In this document: positions 57,817 to 64,000 of the stretch, piece after piece
How the letters are laid out: every line of letters starts with the position of its first letter
Position numbering within the stretch: position 1 is the stretch's first letter
Assembly: GCA_965261395.1 (NCBI GenBank)
Contig: OZ253462.1
Span: 4,192,001-4,256,000, forward strand
Length of the DNA: 64,000 nucleotides
Source: Candidatus Latescibacterota bacterium
GTDB taxonomy: Bacteria > Latescibacterota > UBA2968 > UBA8231
Direction: 5' to 3'
Made by a program: the position numbers and the translations under genes
The notes under the pieces: generated by a model
The model's database searches: none
Told to the model about the DNA's origin: nothing
What the model saw: only the letters and a program-made list of their open reading frames with translations

Positions 57817-58807
57817 GGGATTTCTTGCGGTCGTTGCCGCTCTCATAGCCAGCTCTGTCGCGGCCCAACCCAATCACCTCCTCAAAATTGCGACCCTCGC
57901 CCCAGCAGGCAGCAGCTGGGCCAAGGTCCTCCGCACCATTGATGCGGACGTGCGGCGGGAGACGGGCGGCAACGTGGGGTTCAAAATCTATCCCGGCGGC
58001 GTCCAAGGCGACGAGAAGGTCATCTTGCGCAAGATGCGCATCGGCCAGCTCCACGGCGCTAATTTTGGCGGCCTAGGCATCAGCCAGACCTTTCCCGATG
58101 TCCTCGCGCTGGAAATGCCCTTCCTCTTCGACAGCTATGCCGAAATAGATTACGTGCTCGAGAAAATGGATGCCTTTTATCGGCAAGGATACGAGGAACG
58201 AGGCTATGTCTTTCTCGGTTGGGTCGACATTGGCTTTGTCCACATCCTCTCGCAGCAACCCGTAGCTACCGTCGCGGACATGCGCACTCAAAAGGTATGG
58301 CAGCTACCCGATGAACCGATTACCTCCGTGCTTTTCCGTATAGCCGGCGTTACCTCAGTTCCCCTGAACATCCCGGATGTCCTCCTCGGGTTGCAGACCA
58401 ACCTAATTGATGTAGTGTACGCCTCGCCGTCCGTGACCATCATTCTCCAATGGTTTACCCGCGCAAAATACGTCACCCAACTTCCCATCAACTACACCCT
58501 AGGCGCTCTCTTGCTCGACAAGCGAATTTTTGACAAAATTCCCGCCGCCGATCGCGAACACATCCACCGCATAGCGCAGCAGCACCTAGCCGCCTTGGGA
58601 CAGCGCAACCGCCGAGAAAACGACGAGGCCATGGCCGTGTTGCAGGCCAATGGCCTGTCGCTGGTCGAGGTTGGCCCTAACGATGTAGAGACCTTCAAGG
58701 GCCTCGTCGTCAGCGCCGAAGCCGAGCTCGTAGGTCGGGCCTTTTCCCGTGCGGCCTACGAGCAAATAGCGCGACACCTCCAGGAATTTCGCCAGGCTTC
58801 CCCTTGA
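57803..58807 (+). CDS. TRAP transporter substrate-binding protein DctP
   Basis: LKIATLAPAGSSW, YPGGVQGDE...KMRIGQL. Confidence 0.9.
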   Translation: MTSFKGFLAVVAALIASSVAAQPNHLLKIATLAPAGSSWAKVLRTIDADVRRETGGNVGFKIYPGGVQGDEKVILRKMRIGQLHGANFGGLGISQTFPDVLALEMPFLFDSYAEIDYVLEKMDAFYRQGYEERGYVFLGWVDIGFVHILSQQPVATVADMRTQKVWQLPDEPITSVLFRIAGVTSVPLNIPDVLLGLQTNLIDVVYASPSVTIILQWFTRAKYVTQLPINYTLGALLLDKRIFDKIPAADREHIHRIAQQHLAALGQRNRRENDEAMAVLQANGLSLVEVGPNDVETFKGLVVSAEAELVGRAFSRAAYEQIARHLQEFRQASP

Positions 58808-59280
58808 GCGGTCAGCACTTCCTCCACCGACTCGAGACCGGCTTCCTCGTCCTTTTGGTCGCCTGCTTGCTGGTGCTGACCTGCGGGCAGATCATCGTGC
58901 GCAATCTGTTCTCCATCACCTTCTTGGGCACCGAAAGTCTCGTGCGGCACCTCGTGTTGTGGATTGGGCTAGCCGGCGCTTTGGTCGCCACCCGACTCGA
59001 CAAGCACATTCGCATTGACGCTGCGTTGCGCCTGCTACCTTTCCGAGTGCGAGCTATTGTCTTGAGCTGTGCAGACTTTTTTGCCGCTGCCCTTTGCGCC
59101 TATTTAGCCTATATCGCCGGGCGCTTCGTGCTCGACGAACGCGCATTCGGCACGGAGGCTTTCTTTGCCGTCCCCGCTTGGATTGCCCAACTCTGCTTTC
59201 CCCTCGTCTTTGGCCTGATGGGGCTGCGCTTCCTCTTGCAGGGCGGGCGACGCCTCCGCGCCCCCGCAGATCGCTCGTGA
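58804..59280 (+). CDS. TRAP transporter small permease DctQ
   Basis: 4 TM segments, QIIVRN, HLVLWIG..GA, HIRID. Confidence 0.88.
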   Translation: MSGQHFLHRLETGFLVLLVACLLVLTCGQIIVRNLFSITFLGTESLVRHLVLWIGLAGALVATRLDKHIRIDAALRLLPFRVRAIVLSCADFFAAALCAYLAYIAGRFVLDERAFGTEAFFAVPAWIAQLCFPLVFGLMGLRFLLQGGRRLRAPADRS

Positions 59281-60530
59281 GCAGCCTCCTAGCCACCCTA
59301 GCCGCCCTAGCCGGGGTCCCGCTCTTTGTGGTCATCAGTGCGATGGCCCTTTTGCACTTCTCCTTCGCCGAGATCGATTTAACCGTCGTCTTCATCGAGA
59401 TGTATCGGATAGCCGAAACCCCGACCTTAACGGCTATTCCGCTCTTCGCTCTCACGGGTTTCATCCTCGCCGAAAGCGGCGCACCGACTCGTCTGGTGCG
59501 CTTCTCCCAAGCCTTGCTCGGCTGGCTGCCAGGGGGTCTGGCCATTATGGCCATTATCGTCTGCGCCCTCTTTACTGCTTTGACCGGGGCTTCGGGAATG
59601 ACGATTGTCGCGCTCGGCGGGCTGCTCTTGCCCGCTCTACGGCAACAGCGCCTGCCCGATTCCTTTTCCCTCGGGCTGATTACCACTTCGGGCAGCTTGG
59701 GCTTGCTCTTTCCGCCGAGCCTGCCGCTGATCATCTACGGCATCGTATCCGAGACGCCAGTAGATCAGCTTTTCATCGCGGGCATCGCCCCCGGCTTGCT
59801 CTTGGTCGGTGCTCTGTCCTGCTACAGCTTGTTCCAAGGCCGGCGCAGTGCCGCGCCCGAGCGCCCTACCGGATGGCGCGAATTGCCGCAGGCCTTTGTC
59901 GCTTGTAGTTGGGAGCTTCTATTGCCGGTGGTGATCTTCGGGGGGATCTACGGGGGGATAATCGCCGTCAGCGAGGCTGCGGCTTTGAGCGCCCTATACG
60001 CTCTGGTAGTGGTGGTGTTAATCCGCCGCGAGGTCTCCATCGGGCAACTGCCGAAGATCATCTGCGAAAGCATGGTGCTAGTCGGCGGCATTTTCGTCGT
60101 CTTGGCCGCGGCCATGGCCTATACCAACTACCTCGTCGATGCGGAAGTCCCAACGCGCTTACTCGCCTATATAGAGACTCACATCAGCAGCCGCTTGCTG
60201 TTCTTGATTCTCCTCAATGTGTTTCTGCTAGCTGTTGGCTGTATGATCGACATGTTCTCCGCCCTCCTCATCGTCGTGCCCTTGATTCTGCCCATCGCCG
60301 AAGCATACGATGTTCATCCCATTCACCTTGGGATCATTTTTTTGACGAACTTGGAAATCGGCTACTCGACGCCGCCGGTTGGGCTTAACCTCTTTATTGC
60401 CAGCATTCGCTTTGAACAGCCCGTACATCGGCTCTACCGAGTCTCTTTGCCTTTTCTGTTGATTCTGTTGGCTTGTTTAGTTGTGATTACTTACTGGGCT
60501 GATTTGAGTTTGTTTCTCGTTGAGTCTTAA
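59277..60530 (+). CDS. TRAP transporter large permease DctM
   Basis: AIPLFALTG, TGASG, GSLGLLFPPS, GYSTPPVGLNLF. Confidence 0.92.
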   Translation: MSSLLATLAALAGVPLFVVISAMALLHFSFAEIDLTVVFIEMYRIAETPTLTAIPLFALTGFILAESGAPTRLVRFSQALLGWLPGGLAIMAIIVCALFTALTGASGMTIVALGGLLLPALRQQRLPDSFSLGLITTSGSLGLLFPPSLPLIIYGIVSETPVDQLFIAGIAPGLLLVGALSCYSLFQGRRSAAPERPTGWRELPQAFVACSWELLLPVVIFGGIYGGIIAVSEAAALSALYALVVVVLIRREVSIGQLPKIICESMVLVGGIFVVLAAAMAYTNYLVDAEVPTRLLAYIETHISSRLLFLILLNVFLLAVGCMIDMFSALLIVVPLILPIAEAYDVHPIHLGIIFLTNLEIGYSTPPVGLNLFIASIRFEQPVHRLYRVSLPFLLILLACLVVITYWADLSLFLVES

Positions 60531-60546
60531 ATTTTTTTATTGAGTG

Positions 60547-60574
60547 AATTTACATATTAATTTTTATATGGCAT
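60547..60574 (-). other. dif-like site: ATGCCATATAA AAATTA ATATGTAAATT
   Basis: The TAA of the left arm is the mcrC-like stop codon; followed by an A-tract. Confidence 0.75.
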
Positions 60575-61724
60575 TTTCTATTTTGCGGATCACACGTTGG
60601 CCCGCTCTCTCTAGGTCCTCGGCTTCGAGATCGTACCCGAGCGCTTGCACAGCCACTGGGCCGACCTCGAACTGCTCGTCCACATCGCTGCTGGGATAGA
60701 GCAAAAAGGCCCGACGTGCCCCTAGCTGCACCGCATAGGCAACCACCTGCTGCACATCGCTTTCCACGGGGCCATCGGCTTTGTACTTTGCATCAATTAC
60801 CGCCAACGGCTGCCCGGTTATCGCTGAAAACAGGGCCATATCCAAGCGAAAGGAAAGCCGCTCTGTTCCCTTGAGTCGCGTGTGATACTGGGCTTTTAGT
60901 TCGACCTTGTGATTTAGCTTGTGGTCGATAAACGCCGTGCAAAACCGCTCGAATAAGGTGGGCATGTGCAGCAGGTACGCCGGCCCTTCCTCGGCCCCTA
61001 GCCCCCAAGCTGGGCTTCGCTGTTGAAGCAAGGGATAACACAAGGCATGCATGGGGCGGTAATCCTCGTTTAGCCGGTGGTACGCTACGCCGAGGCAATC
61101 TGCGGGGCGAATGTGGCGGTAATTTAGCTCGCTCAGCGCCCACCAAGCTCGGCCGACCATTTGCCGAATGCTTTCGCGGCGAAAGGCAAAGCGTCTCAGG
61201 CCGTACAGCGCGTTGGCCAAGATGCGGTTGTCGAGGATATCTGGCGTGTGCTCTGCAAATCGACAGTAAGGGCGAACTCCCCGATAGCTGCGCTCGGGGT
61301 ACATGCGCCCCCGCACCCACCGACTGGGACCTTCGCGGGTTTGGTAATCCCAAAACAGCCCTCGCCGCACTCGTTGCAAGACCTTGCGCGCGAGCACCTC
61401 GGCCCAAAACTCGTAGATATCCCCCATAGTGGCCGGGGCCTTGTGATCGCTGATCTTGGGCAACTGATAGGCGTACTCTAGCATGGGCATGAGCAGTGAG
61501 CAGCGTATTTTGGGATTGATTTCCAAGGCGGCATCCGCGCCGAAAGGCACGACACCGACATAGCCCCGCGACCTGAGCTGATAACACTGGCCATTGAGCG
61601 GGCTGGGGAAGCCGAACTCCAACTCTTTTGGATATTGGGCGTGCAGATGCAGGGCCTGTTCGACCCCAAGCTCGGTAGCCGGAATCGCGGCTACTTCCTC
61701 TTCGATCAGCTCGTAGCGTCGCAC
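60564..61724 (-). CDS. McrC-like restriction endonuclease subunit
   Basis: GYVG, EINPK, NRIL, RLNEDY, MPTLFERF, IDAKYK...DVQQVVAY (PD-(D/E)xK); coupled to the McrB-like gene. Confidence 0.85.
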   Translation of the reverse strand: MRRYELIEEEVAAIPATELGVEQALHLHAQYPKELEFGFPSPLNGQCYQLRSRGYVGVVPFGADAALEINPKIRCSLLMPMLEYAYQLPKISDHKAPATMGDIYEFWAEVLARKVLQRVRRGLFWDYQTREGPSRWVRGRMYPERSYRGVRPYCRFAEHTPDILDNRILANALYGLRRFAFRRESIRQMVGRAWWALSELNYRHIRPADCLGVAYHRLNEDYRPMHALCYPLLQQRSPAWGLGAEEGPAYLLHMPTLFERFCTAFIDHKLNHKVELKAQYHTRLKGTERLSFRLDMALFSAITGQPLAVIDAKYKADGPVESDVQQVVAYAVQLGARRAFLLYPSSDVDEQFEVGPVAVQALGYDLEAEDLERAGQRVIRKIENAI

Positions 61725-61726
61725 GC

Positions 61727-63166
61727 CTAATCCTGCAACCGCCCGGCGACCTTAGACCAGCGAAAGCGTGCCATCTGGTCCGGGCGATCAAAAAACACCT
61801 CCTCCAGATAAGGCTCGACCTCGCCTTGCCAAACATGTACCAGTGCCGTTGCGATATCGGCGATCATAAAAAAAGAAATGCCCAGCTCGCAGTCCTCATC
61901 CCCAATGGCTTGATTTACTTCTTTTAGTAAAGCGACCAATTTCTCCGCGGGTAAGCCCCTGTTCTCGAGATAATTTGCCAAAAGCTGGTAGTTGGGCCGC
62001 AGGCGGACAAAGCTGAATCGCCGCCGCATGGCTTGGTCAACCAAGGCGATTGATCGGTCGGCCGTGTTCATCGTGCCGATGAGATAGACGTTGGCGGGGA
62101 TCGAAAACTCAGAGCCGCCACCGGCCAGCGCGATCGGGCGCTGGCGGTATTCCAACAGGTACATTAGTTCGCCGAAAACGCGCGCGAGATTTGCGCGGTT
62201 GATTTCGTCGATGATCAGCACACAGGGTTTTCCTCCGATTTGTCGCACTTTGTCGCAAAACCGCAGAAAGTGCCCGGCAGCCAATTCGTAGTGCAATGCG
62301 CCCCCTACCACCTGTGGTCGAATCCCCTGGACGAAATCCTCATACGCGTACGAGGCGTGGAATTGCACGAGTTCGCTAAAACCGCCGCCATCCACCAAAT
62401 AGCGCGCCAAGCGCTCAGCCAAGTACGTCTTGCCGGTGCCGGGCGGGCCATATAGGATGAGTTGCTGCTTGCGCCGTAGTTGGGCAACCCAGCCGTTTAG
62501 CTGGTCGGCACTGTAGCCGGTCTCCGCGGCGAGGGCTTGATCGTCGTAGCTCGCGCCCACAGGGGGAGCTACGACGCGGCCGCGGTCATGCCGCTCTACG
62601 GCCTCTTGTATCTGCTCCATTCGTCGCTTGAATTCGCTTTCTAAAATGACTGGCCGCAATTGCTCGACTTCAAAGGGCCTGACGCGCAGGTGCAGGCCCA
62701 TCTGACGCAAGAAGTTCGGCTGGACGGGCGCACAGCGATACACCCTCAGCACCGTCAGCCAAATATCCCGCTCAATCCCCGCCCGCCATGCTTCGACTGC
62801 TTGAGCCGTCCACGGCGTCAGTTCGGCCGCCAGCGCGCCGATCCAGGCGGCATTGGGCAGCTTGAAGTAGCCTACGGGCACGACCAGCGAATTTACCAGC
62901 CCATTCTCTGCCCAGCGCTCGGCTTGCTCTATGTCCCTAAAATCTTCCGGTGACCACCCGGTGCCCGCCGTGCCCGTGGCGTAATAACACGTGGCCGCGC
63001 TTTCCCACAAGGGCATGGCTTTCAGCAGCCGCGTGCCGCGGATGATCACCATAGCTTCGCCTGCTACCAGTGCGGCCACTTCGGGACCGGGGCGGCGCAA
63101 AAGCCGGTCGTACGGCCCGGTCAAAGGCTTGTCTAAGCGCAGGCGGATCGACTTCAATTGAGCCAT
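61727..63166 (-). CDS. McrB-like AAA+ GTPase with N-terminal DUF1802-like domain
   Basis: GPPGTGKT, VQFHASYAYEDFVQG, IIDEINRAN, MNTADRS, RRRF. Confidence 0.9.
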   Translation of the reverse strand: MAQLKSIRLRLDKPLTGPYDRLLRRPGPEVAALVAGEAMVIIRGTRLLKAMPLWESAATCYYATGTAGTGWSPEDFRDIEQAERWAENGLVNSLVVPVGYFKLPNAAWIGALAAELTPWTAQAVEAWRAGIERDIWLTVLRVYRCAPVQPNFLRQMGLHLRVRPFEVEQLRPVILESEFKRRMEQIQEAVERHDRGRVVAPPVGASYDDQALAAETGYSADQLNGWVAQLRRKQQLILYGPPGTGKTYLAERLARYLVDGGGFSELVQFHASYAYEDFVQGIRPQVVGGALHYELAAGHFLRFCDKVRQIGGKPCVLIIDEINRANLARVFGELMYLLEYRQRPIALAGGGSEFSIPANVYLIGTMNTADRSIALVDQAMRRRFSFVRLRPNYQLLANYLENRGLPAEKLVALLKEVNQAIGDEDCELGISFFMIADIATALVHVWQGEVEPYLEEVFFDRPDQMARFRWSKVAGRLQD

Positions 63167-63265
63167 TGCATATATCCTCTATGCAAAATAATAGGCTTGT
63201 ACCGCTCTTTTCAAAATCTGGGGCTTTTTTATTTTCTGCTCCACCTCAATCCCCACAAGGTTCCC

Positions 63266-64000
63266 TTGCCTCGCCGACTCTCTCCAACCAAGCTAGCGCC
63301 CAAACAATGGGTGGGCTTGCTACTAGGTATCACGGCCCTCCTTTTGGGCTTTGCCGCTCCATTGACTGCGCTGCCTAGTCCTGTTCAAAACGCCCTTGGC
63401 ATCGCCCTCTTTGCTCTGTTTTTTTGGACTACTGAACCCATACCTATCGCGCTGAGTTCGGCGGGGGTACTCGTCCTGATCCCGGCCGTTGGCCTGCTGA
63501 GCTTCGAGCAGAGCCTAGCCCCTTTCGCCTCCAAGACGGTCTGGCTCGTCCTCGCCGGCATGGCCCTGAGCTTGGGGGTGGCCAAAACGGGCCTCGGAGA
63601 CGCGCTGGCGTCTTGGCTTCAGTCCAGCCTGTCGCAACGCCCCTTCTTCCTACTCTGCCAATTGCACCTGCTCGGGCTGGGGACGGCCTTCCTGATCCCG
63701 TCCGGGGTAATCCGCGTCCTGTTCTTGATGCCGATTGGCATCGCCCTCGTCGAGCGCCTGCACGTTCGCCCATCGCTGCATCTCAAAGCCGCCGTGCTGC
63801 TCTCCCTGCTTTGCAGCACGTATTTTGGTGGTTGTGGGCTTTTGACCGGTTCCGTGCCTAACTTGGTCCTGGCCGGCCAATACGAAAAAATCCAAGGTGC
63901 ACCCATATTTTGGGCCACTTGGCTGTATTGGATGTTTCCGGTCATCGGCTTTTTGCGAACTCTAGTATCGCTCGGTGTGATCTGGATGCTTTTCGGCCGC
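63266..64000 (+). CDS. SLC13/DASS family permease (3' truncated by window)
   Basis: Translated by hand from TTG 63266: ...FWTTEPIPIA...PFASKTVWLVLAG...TGLG...LTGSVPNLV. Confidence 0.85.
   Translation, partial: MPRRLSPTKLAPKQWVGLLLGITALLLGFAAPLTALPSPVQNALGIALFALFFWTTEPIPIALSSAGVLVLIPAVGLLSFEQSLAPFASKTVWLVLAGMALSLGVAKTGLGDALASWLQSSLSQRPFFLLCQLHLLGLGTAFLIPSGVIRVLFLMPIGIALVERLHVRPSLHLKAAVLLSLLCSTYFGGCGLLTGSVPNLVLAGQYEKIQGAPIFWATWLYWMFPVIGFLRTLVSLGVIWMLFGR

Overview
A GC-rich bacterial chromosomal window. The C-terminal 'WGRIK' motif, the 'NYPNPFNP' FlgD/T9SS-type domains and the bS22 protein suggest an FCB-group lineage such as Latescibacterota; this taxonomy is inference only. 1-7.4 kb holds a cluster of secreted PD40/FGE-sulfatase-domain paralogues. 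7.5-12 kb is a murQ/AKR/DSD1/HU/sulfatase operon. 12-34 kb is a + strand housekeeping block (valS, rqcH-like, miaA, tRNA-Gly, der, rimP-nusA-infB-rbfA-truB-RFK-rpsO-pnp, asnS, leuS). A lone Xer-type tyrosine recombinase sits at 34.1-35.1 kb. 35-55 kb is a mostly - strand block (mutL, hprK, rsgA, two prs paralogues, apt, vapBC, metB-like, thrC, satellite BMC genes, ychF, 3 tRNAs, bS22, HU, mreCB). The rest is a TRAP-T transporter, an McrBC-like pair and a partial SLC13 permease. Main unexplained signal: GC skew and bulk gene orientation flip between the recombinase and mutL, where a palindromic 11-6-11 site lies, so the window probably spans the replication terminus. At least seven further dif-like 28-bp sites (roughly ATGTCTTATAA-N6-ATATGTAAA) lie at gene junctions across 48 kb, six of them polarised towards that point. 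This is a candidate undescribed terminus-organising or site-specific recombination system. Other points: a catalytically degenerate PRPP-synthetase paralogue, a DUF1802-like-McrB fusion, a candidate anti-SD sRNA, a probable non-AUG start for rimP, and DGR-target-like FGE tails. All calls come from reading the sequence by eye; no database searches were run.
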